Positions 18,225 through 28,191 are shown, counted from the first letter of the stretch. The stretch: 64,000 bases of DNA from a bacterium (GCA_963675295.2 CAXXKJ010000002.1:1056001-1120000), one strand, 5' to 3'. Notes: generated by a model not told the origin, from the letters alone. Made by a program: numbers and translations.

Positions 18225-18761
18225 TCAAACACTGTCACGGATTCGTGCGACCTGCTTCAGGTGAAGCTCGTCATGCGAGGCGAGGATATGGAAACCCAGC
18301 GCGACGGACTGCGGGCCCATTTCTGAGTGAACATATTCCCGGCGTCGAAACTCTTCCGGCAGAGCGGCATACCACGCGGACGTGTCTTCTGCTTGCGTGT
18401 GGTAAGCGGAAATCGCGCACTGCGGATCGAGGTTCCAGTAATCGAGCGCCTTCGCCCAGTCATCGGCGCTGACGGATGGAACTTGGGGCCGGTCGACCAC
18501 GCACGCCAGCTTCATCCGGTAGACGAAGGTCAGCTCGGTGTCGGCGAGGTGGCGGAAGACGCCGGCGATGGACCATTTGCCCGGCTTCTCCGGCATGGTC
18601 AACTGCTGGTCGGTGAGGCCCTGGACGAGGTCACGGTAGCGTGCCCACGCCTGCTGTCGGACAGTCAGCGGATCTCGTCCGGCGAGATTGTCGATGTGAA
18701 ACTGGACGTATTTGATAAACGGGCCAGCCCCGACCGCGTCCGTAACGTTGTACTCATTCAT
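18225..18761 (-). CDS. DinB/YfiT-family protein
   Basis: PGKWSI...RHLADTE and SHDELHLKQ metal-binding His pattern; GAGG RBS. Confidence 0.88.
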   Translation of the reverse strand: MNEYNVTDAVGAGPFIKYVQFHIDNLAGRDPLTVRQQAWARYRDLVQGLTDQQLTMPEKPGKWSIAGVFRHLADTELTFVYRMKLACVVDRPQVPSVSADDWAKALDYWNLDPQCAISAYHTQAEDTSAWYAALPEEFRRREYVHSEMGPQSVALGFHILASHDELHLKQVARIRDSV

Positions 18762-18783
18762 GGATGTGTCCTCGAAATCCGGA

Positions 18784-19434
18784 TCACTGGAACGGGAACC
18801 AGACGAACACGGCGGCGTCCCAGAGTGCATGACTGACCAGTCCCGGGCCGATGTGGCCGATGCGCATGTACATCAGGCCCCAGAAGATGCCGGCGACCAG
18901 TGCGGCTGCGATCAGGGTCAGGTTCATGCTCGGGATATGGATCGCGGTGTAGAAGAAGGTGGCGATCACGAAGCCTCTCTGCGGGCCGTATTTGTTCATC
19001 AACGCCCGTTGCACCCACGCCCGCCAGAACAATTCTTCGCCCGGGCCGATGGGGAACAGCAAGAGCGTCCCGATCAGGTTCGGCGCGGCCTGGGCCTTGG
19101 TGGAATAGACATTCTCGACCTGTTGCTCGCCCATGAACGGGAGCACGGCGACCAGCTCATTCCCGATCCAGAAGATGGCGTACAACGCGGCCGATCCGAC
19201 GAGGCCGACGACCACATAGCTCAGCCACAGTTTTCCGCTGGCGCGGTACGTGTCCGGGTAGACAATCGACGCTCCAATGACGCCGAGGGTCAGCGTCGCC
19301 GGGGCGATCAACGCCCAGAAGTTGACACCGGGCACGGCGAACAGGAAATACCAGATCACCGCCGCGGCTGCCACGGCGATCCAGGTGAGTACCAGTCCGC
19401 CACGTGGCGGAGTGAGGGGGGTGACGGGTTGCAT
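18784..19434 (-). CDS. CPBP (CAAX/Abi) intramembrane metalloprotease
   Basis: EELFWR, F...H, HALWD motifs; multiple TM helices. Confidence 0.9.
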   Translation of the reverse strand: MQPVTPLTPPRGGLVLTWIAVAAAAVIWYFLFAVPGVNFWALIAPATLTLGVIGASIVYPDTYRASGKLWLSYVVVGLVGSAALYAIFWIGNELVAVLPFMGEQQVENVYSTKAQAAPNLIGTLLLFPIGPGEELFWRAWVQRALMNKYGPQRGFVIATFFYTAIHIPSMNLTLIAAALVAGIFWGLMYMRIGHIGPGLVSHALWDAAVFVWFPFQ

Positions 19435-19543
19435 GGTCAGTCTCGAGTCTCTTGTTGCTAGTACTTGGTCTCTGGTCTCTCGTGACCAGGTGTCTTTCCG
19501 TGCGAAGTGCGGGGTATCCAGATTGTCAACACTTGGAAAGCAC

Positions 19544-19634
19544 GTCATTCTGAACGAAGTGAAGAAGATCCGGCTTATTTTACCGTTAGTTAATCTGGAC
19601 CTTCTTCATTCCACTTCGTTCCATTCAGAATGAC
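19544..19634. repeat. Palindromic REP/MITE-like element
   Basis: GTCATTCTGAACGAAGTGAAGAAGATCC ... GGACCTTCTTCA...CACTTCGTTC...TTCAGAATGAC inverted arms. Confidence 0.7.
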
Positions 19635-19662
19635 ACACATACTGCAGCCTGCCGACCGCAGC

Positions 19663-20097
19663 CTATTGCCTGCAGCTAACGATTTCAATCACCCGCCGGT
19701 CGAGGTCGGTCTCGTCCGGGGTGATGGTGATCCGCCACGTCGCAGCCTCATCCAGTTCGGGAATCCGGTCAGCCCATTCGACGAGCAGCACGCCGCCCTC
19801 TTCGCGGATATCGTCCAACCCGAGCGCGACGAGTTCGTCCGGATCGCTAAGGCGGTAGACGTCCGCGTGGTGTACCGGCGGCGTGGTCGGGTACGGGTTG
19901 ATCAGGGTAAAGGTCGGGCTGCGCACCCGTCCGGCGTACCCCATCGCACGCATGACTCCGCGCACGAAGGTGGTCTTTCCCGCACCGAGCGGTCCGAGCA
20001 GCGAAACCAGGTCGCCGGGCCGCAATGTGTCCGCAAACTCCGCTGCGAGTTGATGGGTCGCGGCTTCCGAATCGATGTGATGGGTCCCGCAGAGCAT
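19663..20097 (-). CDS. tsaE: tRNA threonylcarbamoyladenosine biosynthesis ATPase TsaE
   Basis: GPLGAGKTTF, SPTFTL, HADVYRL, LVEWA. Alternative GTG start at 20115. Confidence 0.95.
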   Translation of the reverse strand: MLCGTHHIDSEAATHQLAAEFADTLRPGDLVSLLGPLGAGKTTFVRGVMRAMGYAGRVRSPTFTLINPYPTTPPVHHADVYRLSDPDELVALGLDDIREEGGVLLVEWADRIPELDEAATWRITITPDETDLDRRVIEIVSCRQ

Positions 20098-20235
20098 GGA
20101 TGCATCCTTTTTCACGTTCGCAAGTATACAACAGGAAAGCGCGCTCCGGGATAAGCAATCCTAACTCCTCAAGCCATTGGATCGAAGGGCTTAATAGTGT
20201 ACTTTTGACCGTTTCATGACAACGGAACCCCCTGC

Positions 20236-21534
20236 ATGGCTCAGAAAGACACCCGCTCTCCAGGTAAGAAGACCACGTCACGCGACCCGATCTCCCGGAT
20301 CTGGGATACGCTGAAATCCATGAAGTTCGCGATCATTCTGTTGCTGGTGATCACTGCGTTGACAGTGGTCAACCTGTTCGCGAATGAATTCATCGTGCCG
20401 GTGCGTGGCGGCGAACCCGGTATGGCGTATTCCGTCTACAACCAGGAGTATGGCGAACCGCGCGCGACCATCCTGACGATGCTGCAGATGTACTCGCCGT
20501 ATCGATCATGGTGGTACAGCGGCCTGCTCGGTTTGCTCACGCTGTCGTTGCTGGTCTGCGTTATCGACCGGACGGGACTGGTGTGGAAACTTGTCACGGG
20601 TACGCGATTCATCGCGGCGGAGAGTCAATACGACGGGCACGATCACTACGCGGAGTTGAAGGGTGACTCCGGGATGAAGGAGCGTGCGCTCGAAGCGATC
20701 CGTAAAGCCGGTTTTGCGGTCAACACCAAGGACACGTCGAAGGCGACGCTGGTTCATGGACGGCGGGCAGCCATCGCGCATTCCGGCGCCTATATCGTTC
20801 ACATCGGGTTCATCCTGCTGGTGATCGGCGGGGCGTTGATTGCGCGCGGTCAGTACCGTGAGCATGTCTCCGGCCTGCCCGGCGACCTGCTCGCGGCGGA
20901 CGAAAGCGCGTGGGGATTCAACGTTCGCGTCAACGATTTCGTAATCGAGTACTATCCGTTGCGTGATGGGCAGTATGTCTCTGTGGACGGCGGCCAGCGT
21001 GTCGGCCGGATCGACGACATGATGCCGGACAGCACGGCGAACGTGGAAATCCTCTGGCCGTCGCGTGGCTTCGAGGAAGGGGTCACGTTGGACCGGCTGA
21101 CCAACCGCATTGACCGCCGGTTTGGCGGGGGACGGCTGGACCAGTCGAACATTGCCGACTACATCGCAGACCTGACCGTGATCGAGAACGGGCAGGAAGT
21201 GATGAACAAGACCATCGAGGTGAACGCTCCGTTGCGCTACAACGGGTATCGTTTCTACCAGTCCTCGTTTAACGACACACGTACCGATGCGAACGGCACG
21301 TGGACGACGGTGATCGAGGTCCGCAAGGACAGCGGGTCGCCGTTTGTCTGGGCCGGAATCATCGTTGTCAGCATCGGCCTGATGCTCGGCTTGTATCTCG
21401 CCCCGCGCGACATCTTCGCCCGGATTGAAGAGGATGAAGGCGGGACACGTGTCCTGCTCGCGGGAGTCTCGAAGGGCCGAGCCGCGGAGTTCGAGCAACA
21501 GTTCCAAACGATGGTGCAGCGCATCCAAGCGTAA
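20236..21534 (+). CDS. resB: Cytochrome c biogenesis protein ResB/CcsB (System II)
   Basis: LKSMKFAI.LL, YRSWWY, conserved His in HIGFILLVIG, IEVNAPLRYNGYRFYQSS, C-terminal TM. Confidence 0.9.
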   Translation: MAQKDTRSPGKKTTSRDPISRIWDTLKSMKFAIILLLVITALTVVNLFANEFIVPVRGGEPGMAYSVYNQEYGEPRATILTMLQMYSPYRSWWYSGLLGLLTLSLLVCVIDRTGLVWKLVTGTRFIAAESQYDGHDHYAELKGDSGMKERALEAIRKAGFAVNTKDTSKATLVHGRRAAIAHSGAYIVHIGFILLVIGGALIARGQYREHVSGLPGDLLAADESAWGFNVRVNDFVIEYYPLRDGQYVSVDGGQRVGRIDDMMPDSTANVEILWPSRGFEEGVTLDRLTNRIDRRFGGGRLDQSNIADYIADLTVIENGQEVMNKTIEVNAPLRYNGYRFYQSSFNDTRTDANGTWTTVIEVRKDSGSPFVWAGIIVVSIGLMLGLYLAPRDIFARIEEDEGGTRVLLAGVSKGRAAEFEQQFQTMVQRIQA

Positions 21535-21550
21535 ACGGTGGAGATTGTTG

Positions 21551-22090
21551 ATGAATGGCAAGGCGATCGCGTTTATCGTAATCGTGGTGGTGGTCGGTCT
21601 GGCGATCTGGTTGCTGCCGGGGAACAACGAACCCGAGGGACCGGCGTCGGTTCCGCAGAACCGGATGATGTCGCAAACGTCACAACAGCAGGCGCATCAA
21701 CACGCCGACCTGCCCCAGATCGACTCGTTGAAGGTATCGGTTCAGGACAGCACCGGAACTGATCTGGCGACTCTGGTGTTGACGCCGGATGAGGCCGTCA
21801 CGCTACCAGGCACGGATTATTCGCTGAAGCTTACCGATTTCTATACGCATTTCATGATGGAAGATGCCGGGCCTGTGAACGTTTCTCCGCATCCGGAGAA
21901 TCAGGCCGCGCGCATCGAGATTTATGACGGCGATGAACTCGTCGACTATACGTGGACCTTTGAGAAAGTGCCGTTTTTCCGCATGAGTGGCATGGGAGGT
22001 CCGCATGACGGTGCCTCGACCGGTCTGGCATTTGCCGTGGTCGACGTGTACGGTCTCGATGCACCACACGCTGAGTCCCCCAACCCGTAA
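21551..22090 (+). CDS. Membrane-anchored periplasmic protein in the cytochrome c maturation operon (resembles DUF2155 / ResB periplasmic subdomain)
   Basis: GGAG RBS, N-terminal TM, DFYTHF...N.S..PEN.AARIEI...WTF...PF. Confidence 0.7.
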   Translation: MNGKAIAFIVIVVVVGLAIWLLPGNNEPEGPASVPQNRMMSQTSQQQAHQHADLPQIDSLKVSVQDSTGTDLATLVLTPDEAVTLPGTDYSLKLTDFYTHFMMEDAGPVNVSPHPENQAARIEIYDGDELVDYTWTFEKVPFFRMSGMGGPHDGASTGLAFAVVDVYGLDAPHAESPNP

Positions 22091-22098
22091 GGTTATCG

Positions 22099-23421
22099 AT
22101 GGAACGTCTGGACGCAATTTTGTACGGGGTATCGTTTTACGCGTATCTCGTATCGTTTGTTCTTTTCATTCTGCACATCGCGCTGAAGAAAGATGTGCTC
22201 GGCAAGGTGGCGACGGGCCTCGGCGCGGTCGGCCTGTTACCACACACAGCGGCGATTATCGCTCGTGGCATTCAGCAGGGCCACGTGCCGTTGGCCAACA
22301 TGTACGAGTACATGGGGCTGATGGCGTGGATGGTCGTGCTTGGCTTGATCATCTTCATTATCCGTTACCGCAACACGCGAATCGGTGTGTTCATGATGCC
22401 GATTGCGGTGATGCTGCTGGTGACGGCGAGTTTGTTACCGTCGGATGTAAACCGTCAGTTGATGCCGGCGTTGCAGTCGACGTGGCTCGCGATTCACGTC
22501 TCGCTGGCGGCGCTGGGTTCGGGATCGTTCCTGATCTCGTTCGCGGCGGCGGCGCTTGTGTTGCTGACCTCAGGGTCGGACAGCGACAAGCTGCACAGCG
22601 CGAAGGTGAAGGAGCTGAAAGCGTTCTCGTGGCTTGAGTTCGGTCTCTTCTGGATCGGCCTGCCGCTGGTCGTGTGGTTGCTGCTCAGCATTGCCGGGCT
22701 GCTTCCGCCGCAGGTGAACATCGCCATGGCCGGGAATCAGCAGGGCGCGTTCACCTCGTTCGCGGTCGGCAAGGGCATGGACGCCAGCCTGCTTGGTGGA
22801 CTGGCGATCGGGCTGGGGATCGGGCTGGTGGTGACGGCTATCGCGTGGCCATTCATCCATTTCCGGCTGCCGCTGAAGATGCGTGGCAACGGGATGCACG
22901 AATTCATGACGATTGTGCTGGCGCTGTTGTTGTCCGCGATCCTTGCCGGATTCCTGGTCAAGAACGGGTCGATCACGCTGACGCCGCGCAGCTACCTCAA
23001 GATCTTCGAGTTCTTCGGGCCGGTGTTGGTGCTGAGCTGGGTTCTGACGCCGATCGTGCACGTGGTGATCGGCTCGAGTGCGGCTGGTTGGTTGCCGAAG
23101 ATGGGTGTCGCGCGTCCGGTGCTGCAGGAGATCTCGTACGCTTCGGTCGCGATTGCGTATCCGCTGTACACCGTCGGCGCGCTGTTCGCCGGTGCGATCT
23201 GGGCGGAACAGGCGTGGGGAACCTGGTGGAGCTGGGACCCGAAGGAAGTCGGCGCGTTGATCATCTGGCTGTTCTACACTGTCTTCCTGCACGCCCGCTA
23301 TCAGCGTAAGTGGTCGGGTGACCGTGCGGCGGTGTTGCTGGTGCTCGGAATGCTGTTTGTCTTCATCAGCTTCTTCGGGAACTACTTCTTCGGTGGGTTG
23401 CACTCGTTTGAGGTGACCTGA
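22099..23421 (+). CDS. ccsA: Cytochrome c biogenesis protein CcsA/ResC (System II)
   Basis: H.P.ANMYE, LMPALQS.WL.IHV, GAIWAEQAWG.WWSWDPKE (WWD domain), C-terminal GLHS. Confidence 0.95.
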   Translation: MERLDAILYGVSFYAYLVSFVLFILHIALKKDVLGKVATGLGAVGLLPHTAAIIARGIQQGHVPLANMYEYMGLMAWMVVLGLIIFIIRYRNTRIGVFMMPIAVMLLVTASLLPSDVNRQLMPALQSTWLAIHVSLAALGSGSFLISFAAAALVLLTSGSDSDKLHSAKVKELKAFSWLEFGLFWIGLPLVVWLLLSIAGLLPPQVNIAMAGNQQGAFTSFAVGKGMDASLLGGLAIGLGIGLVVTAIAWPFIHFRLPLKMRGNGMHEFMTIVLALLLSAILAGFLVKNGSITLTPRSYLKIFEFFGPVLVLSWVLTPIVHVVIGSSAAGWLPKMGVARPVLQEISYASVAIAYPLYTVGALFAGAIWAEQAWGTWWSWDPKEVGALIIWLFYTVFLHARYQRKWSGDRAAVLLVLGMLFVFISFFGNYFFGGLHSFEVT

Positions 23422-23596
23422 TCGACGGGGAGTTGGCGACTGATTGTCAGGGGCGGCCGGAATCGGCTGTCCCTTTTGTCTGTGGTGGATTGCCGGCCTC
23501 TGAGAGTTTTGTTCGGAGACGGTGAGGGTAACATTCTGATTCTCGCGGTACTTGCGGGAAAAATTGTGTACCTTGGCTTGGATTTGTGGAGTGGCC

Positions 23597-24078
23597 GAGG
23601 AGGTTGGACGGTCGCCTGCGTCTCGTCAATGCTGCTTGGAAAGCCGCGCTTGAGGTGGGACAGGGGAGGAAAGTCCGAACTCCAGAGGACAGGATGCCGG
23701 CTAACCGCCGGGCGCCGTGAGGCGACGGACAGTGCAGCAGAGAACAGACCGCCGATGGCCGGGGCGGAGGCGTGACACAGGATTGTCATGCGTCCGTCCC
23801 GGCACAGGCAAGGGTGAAACGGTGGGGTAAGAGCCCACCGCGCGGCTGGTAACAGGCGTGGCACGGTAAACCCCATCCGGAGCAAGGCCAAATAGGCGGG
23901 GAGGCCACTGAGGAAGTGCCCGTGTTTGCTTGCAAACGCGGTCGTTCCGGCCACGTGATTGTCCGTCACGGTTGCACCCGCGGGTAGGCTGCGTCGAGCG
24001 CGTTGGAAACAAGGCGCCCAGATCGATGACCGTCACTCTCCTCTGTGAGAGTACAGAATTCGGCTTACAGACCCCCTC
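23597..24078 (+). ncRNA. rnpB: RNase P RNA (bacterial type A)
   Basis: GAGGAAAGTCCGAACTC, ACAGAATTCGGCTTA, AGGGTGAAACGGTGGGGTAAGAGCCCACCG, GGTAAACCCCATCCGGAGCAAG; 5' and 3' ends pair as P1. Confidence 0.95.
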
Positions 24079-24220
24079 ACCGCTCCCTGATCTTTGAGAG
24101 GAACCGTCGAGCACCTGCCGGATTGTTGAACCGGAGTGTGAGTGCCGACGACATGACGCCGGAACAAATACCCCGGCGTCCCCAGGCTTTGAAACACGTG
24201 AACAACCGATAGATTCTAAC

Positions 24221-25948
24221 ATGCTGAAACACTGGGAGTTGGCTGCAGAGGCCGACTCCGCGTCTGTGCTCGCCCTGTCTCGTGAGATGGGAGTGAAACC
24301 AGTCGTGGCCCGTTTGCTTCTGCAACGGGGCATTGAGACCCCCGAACAGGCGGACGCGTTCTTTCATCCGGAACGTTCCGCTCTGCACGATCCTTTCCTC
24401 TTCAAGCACATGGAAGTCGCGGTCGAACGCGTCATCCGTGCCCTGCAGGACAAGCAGCTGATTTACATCTTCGGCGACTACGACGTGGATGGTATCACGT
24501 CGTGCAGTCTGCTGTATCTCTTTTTCCGTGACCTCGGCGGCAATGTCCGCTACTACATCCCGAACCGTGAGGACGAGGGATATGGCGTCTCGGTGGAGGG
24601 GGTAGAGCTGGCGAAGCGAGCCGGCGCGGAGTTGTTGATCACGGTGGATTGCGGGATCACGGCGGTCGAGGAAGTACACCGCGCCCGTGAGCTGGATATG
24701 GACATCATCGTCTCCGACCACCACCAGGCTGGCGAGGAGATTCCGGAAGCGCTGGCGGTGATCAACCCGAAGCTGCCGGGATCAACCTATCCGTTCAAGG
24801 AGCTGGCCGGCTGCGGGGTCGCGTTCAAATTGGCGCAGGCGGTCGCGAAGCAGCTCGAGCTTGGCGAAAGCTACCTCGACCGCTATCTCGACCTTGTTGC
24901 GGTGGGGACCGCGGCGGATATAGTCCCCCTCGTCGATGAAAACCGCATTCTCGTCAACCTTGGCTTGAAGAAGGTGAACCGGGACCCGTTGATCGGGCTG
25001 GCAGCGTTGATCGAAACCGCGCATCTGCGTGGCGGCCAGATTGATGTCGGCCAGATCATTTACGGCATCGCGCCACGGATCAATGCCGTCGGGCGTCTCG
25101 GCTCCGCCGACCGTGCGGTCGACCTGATGATCACGCAGAATGCCGAGCGCGCGCGTCATCTGAGCATGGAGCTGGAGCAGGAAAACCGCAACCGGCGCCG
25201 GATTGACACCCATACCCTAGACGAAGCACTCGCGGAAGCGGAGGAGACGCACGATCCGGAAGAGGATTACGGGCTCGTGCTCGCGCGCGACGAATGGCAC
25301 GGCGGGGTGATCGGGATCGTCGCCAGCCGTTTGATCGAGAAGTATTACCGTCCGACGGTGATGATCACGATCAAGGACGGTATCGGCAAGGGGTCCGCGC
25401 GTTCCATTCCTGGCTTCGACATCTACGACGCGCTCAACCAGTGCAACGATCTGCTCGAGCAGTTCGGCGGGCATACGTACGCCGCCGGCTTGTCGATCCG
25501 TTCGGAGAACATCGAAGAGTTCCGTCAACGGTTCAATGCAGTGGCCAAGGATTCGTTGACCGAAGAGGATTTGATTCCGAAGCTGCACATCGACGCCGAG
25601 CTTCCGTTGGAGCAGGTGAACGACGAGCTGCTGGAATACCTGAAGAAGTTTGCCCCGTTCGGACCGAACAACCCGATGCCGGCATTTGTCAGCTACGATG
25701 TCGCGTTGTCCGGCTATCCGCGGATTGTCGGCACGAATCACCTGAAGTTCAAGGTGCGGTCGTCCCGTTCGGTGATTGATTGCATCGGCTTTAATCTCGG
25801 TGACCGGCTGCAGCGGATGGACCCGAACCGTGCGACGAATCACATCGTGTACACGGTGCAGGAAAACGAGTGGATGGGGCGTGTTTACCTGCAGCTCCAC
25901 ATCCTCGACGTGAAGTCGGGTCCACATCCCGAGGTACGCAATGGATGA
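24221..25948 (+). CDS. recJ: ssDNA-specific exonuclease RecJ
   Basis: GDYDVDG, TVDCG, SDHH, PRINA.GR, GSARS, FGGH..AAG, PFG.NNP.P. Confidence 0.97.
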   Translation: MLKHWELAAEADSASVLALSREMGVKPVVARLLLQRGIETPEQADAFFHPERSALHDPFLFKHMEVAVERVIRALQDKQLIYIFGDYDVDGITSCSLLYLFFRDLGGNVRYYIPNREDEGYGVSVEGVELAKRAGAELLITVDCGITAVEEVHRARELDMDIIVSDHHQAGEEIPEALAVINPKLPGSTYPFKELAGCGVAFKLAQAVAKQLELGESYLDRYLDLVAVGTAADIVPLVDENRILVNLGLKKVNRDPLIGLAALIETAHLRGGQIDVGQIIYGIAPRINAVGRLGSADRAVDLMITQNAERARHLSMELEQENRNRRRIDTHTLDEALAEAEETHDPEEDYGLVLARDEWHGGVIGIVASRLIEKYYRPTVMITIKDGIGKGSARSIPGFDIYDALNQCNDLLEQFGGHTYAAGLSIRSENIEEFRQRFNAVAKDSLTEEDLIPKLHIDAELPLEQVNDELLEYLKKFAPFGPNNPMPAFVSYDVALSGYPRIVGTNHLKFKVRSSRSVIDCIGFNLGDRLQRMDPNRATNHIVYTVQENEWMGRVYLQLHILDVKSGPHPEVRNG

Positions 25949-26633
25949 GGTTTCCGACTCTGTTACCGGTTTGGCGTTGCACCAGGATTTTGTGCTGCTG
26001 GCATTGAATCCGGAAACCGGTCAGTTTCGTGGGAACTTTCAGTCATACGCCTGCGCCGGCGCGGTGATCATGGAGTTGGCGCTACGCGGTCATATCTCGG
26101 CCGAGGGCAAGAAGGTCATGGTCGCCGGCAACGCCGCATTCGGTGATCCGATTGTCGACCGGATGCTGGAGCAGATCAGCTCCGCGAAACGGCCCAAGTC
26201 ATTGCGGGGCTGGGTGTCCAAGCTGGGCGGGCGGAGCAAGCTGACGCATGAGATCGCGCAAACGCTGGAAACACGCGGGATTGTGCGTTCTGAACGCAAG
26301 CGGTTCCTCGGTCTCATCCCCTACACGACCTACCCGTTGATCGATCCGGGGCCACGTGACCGTCTGGTTACGGATCTGCGTCACGCCTCGCTGGAGGCGG
26401 AGATTCCGCCGGTTCGCCTTTCCACCCTCGCCGCGTTTTGCGATTCCACCGGCATTCTGCGCCATTTCTTCGACCGGCAGGAGCGTTCACTGGTGAAGAA
26501 ACGGCTGAAACAGTGGAAAAAGGACGACGTCTACGCCCGCGCGGTTGGAGAGACCATTGCCGGGGTGCAGGCGGCGGTCGCGTCCGCAGTGGCGGTCAGC
26601 GCGGCGGCAGCGAGTACCTCCGGCGGTTCCTGA
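25941..26633 (+). CDS. GOLPH3/GPP34-family protein
   Basis: LLAL..E.G, GA..MELALRG.I, L..RGIVR.E.KRFLG.IP...YP, Ala-rich tail; overlaps the recJ stop. Confidence 0.85.
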   Translation: MDEVSDSVTGLALHQDFVLLALNPETGQFRGNFQSYACAGAVIMELALRGHISAEGKKVMVAGNAAFGDPIVDRMLEQISSAKRPKSLRGWVSKLGGRSKLTHEIAQTLETRGIVRSERKRFLGLIPYTTYPLIDPGPRDRLVTDLRHASLEAEIPPVRLSTLAAFCDSTGILRHFFDRQERSLVKKRLKQWKKDDVYARAVGETIAGVQAAVASAVAVSAAAASTSGGS

Positions 26634-26970
26634 TCCTTTTTTCCCGATGTAACCTGATTCTCCTGCTCTTATTCCCGCACCCAGTGCATAATTTCCGTAC
26701 TCATGCTGCCCAGGAATTTTGGCAGGTCCGATCACTGTGCTCCGATTCTTGACTCTCCTCTTGTTTAGTTTCATACTTAAGTCGTTCGTAATCCTGAAGA
26801 TCGCACCAGTTTCCGCAGATAGAGCAGAGAGTGAGAAAGTTTTGTTAGCACAATTTTTTCTGGATTGAAATGTTAGGCTAGCCTATCTTGGGCCAACCGT
26901 TGCGTCAGGGGGGATGAGACGGTACGACGGATTTACTGAGTACAGCTTACACTGTTTAAGGGAGAGAAAG

Positions 26971-28191
26971 ATGAAGAAGACACTTCTGACGCTTTGTGCG
27001 GTCGTAGGAATTGCATCCATGGCAATGGCGTATTCTGGTGGCCCGCCCGCTGGCTATGCCGGCAACAACGGGTCGTATTGCACGCAGTGTCACAGCAGTT
27101 TCGGGTTGAATTCCGGTGATGGCATGCTCGATTTGACTCAGATGACCGAGTATACGCCGGGCGAGACCTACACGATGGAAGTGATGTTGAGTGACCAGGG
27201 TCAGAACCGCTGGGGTTTCCAAGTCGCGGCGGAAGATGGCGGCGGCAGTTTCGCCGGCATGTTCGCGATCACGGATCCGACGAACACTCAGCTGAACAGC
27301 AGTAACTATGTCAACCACACGTCAGCCGGCACCAACGCTGGTGATCCGAGCGGCAACATGTGGACGTTTGACTGGACGGCTCCGGCAGCTGGTACCGGCC
27401 CGGTGACGTTCTATGTGGCGGGTAACGCAGCCAATAACAACTTCAGCAGCTCGGGCGACTACATCTACGCGATCGAAATGACGGTGGATGAAGCGGCTCC
27501 GGCTTTGTATGGTCTGACCACGACCGGCATCAACACCATGATTCCGGCGTCCGGTGGCAACGTGACCTACAGCATTGATTTCTTCACCAACGTGCCGCAG
27601 TCGTTCAGCAACGTGAACTACTGGACAACGGTGACTCTGCCGGACGGCAGCGAATCCAACCGTCTTGCGTTCATCACGACGAATGTTCCGGCGAACGCCG
27701 ACATCTTCATTCCGATGATGGCGCAGGAAATTCCGTCGTTCGCACCGGCTGGCATGTACACGCACAACTCGTTCCTGGGCTACTTCCCGAACGCTGTGTT
27801 GATGGATTCGTTCAGCTTCGAGAAGTCGGCGAACGGTTCGAACTCGGTGCCGGTGCATGGTTGGGACGCGTCCGGTGAGTGGCTGGAAGTGACCGCCGAC
27901 GGCGAGTCGGTTGTCGACCTGCCGACCGAGTACGCGCTCAATGCGGCGTACCCGAATCCGTTCAACGCGATGACGAACGTTTCGGTGACGTTGCCGGAAA
28001 CCGCGGACATGAAGTTGCGCGTGACCAACCTGCAGGGTCAGGAAGTTGCGATCCTCAGCGAGGGTAGGCTCAGCGCGGGTCAGCATACGTTCAGCTTTGA
28101 CGCCGGCGACTTGAGCTCCGGCATGTACTTCATCCACGCGAATGTTCCGGGCAAGATGAGCCAGGTGCAGCGTGTAACACTGGTGAAGTAA
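26971..28191 (+). CDS. Reeler-like (choice-of-anchor V-like) CxxCH protein with Ig module and T9SS CTD
   Basis: AGGGAG RBS, signal peptide ending AMA, CTQCH, Y.PGETY, GFQ, WTAP..GTG.VTFY.AGN...GD.IY, YPNPFN...RVTLVK. Confidence 0.88.
   Translation: MKKTLLTLCAVVGIASMAMAYSGGPPAGYAGNNGSYCTQCHSSFGLNSGDGMLDLTQMTEYTPGETYTMEVMLSDQGQNRWGFQVAAEDGGGSFAGMFAITDPTNTQLNSSNYVNHTSAGTNAGDPSGNMWTFDWTAPAAGTGPVTFYVAGNAANNNFSSSGDYIYAIEMTVDEAAPALYGLTTTGINTMIPASGGNVTYSIDFFTNVPQSFSNVNYWTTVTLPDGSESNRLAFITTNVPANADIFIPMMAQEIPSFAPAGMYTHNSFLGYFPNAVLMDSFSFEKSANGSNSVPVHGWDASGEWLEVTADGESVVDLPTEYALNAAYPNPFNAMTNVSVTLPETADMKLRVTNLQGQEVAILSEGRLSAGQHTFSFDAGDLSSGMYFIHANVPGKMSQVQRVTLVK

Noticed and set aside
23382-24333. ORFs at 23382-23969 and 23701-24333
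   Set aside because: Antisense translations of the RNase P RNA.
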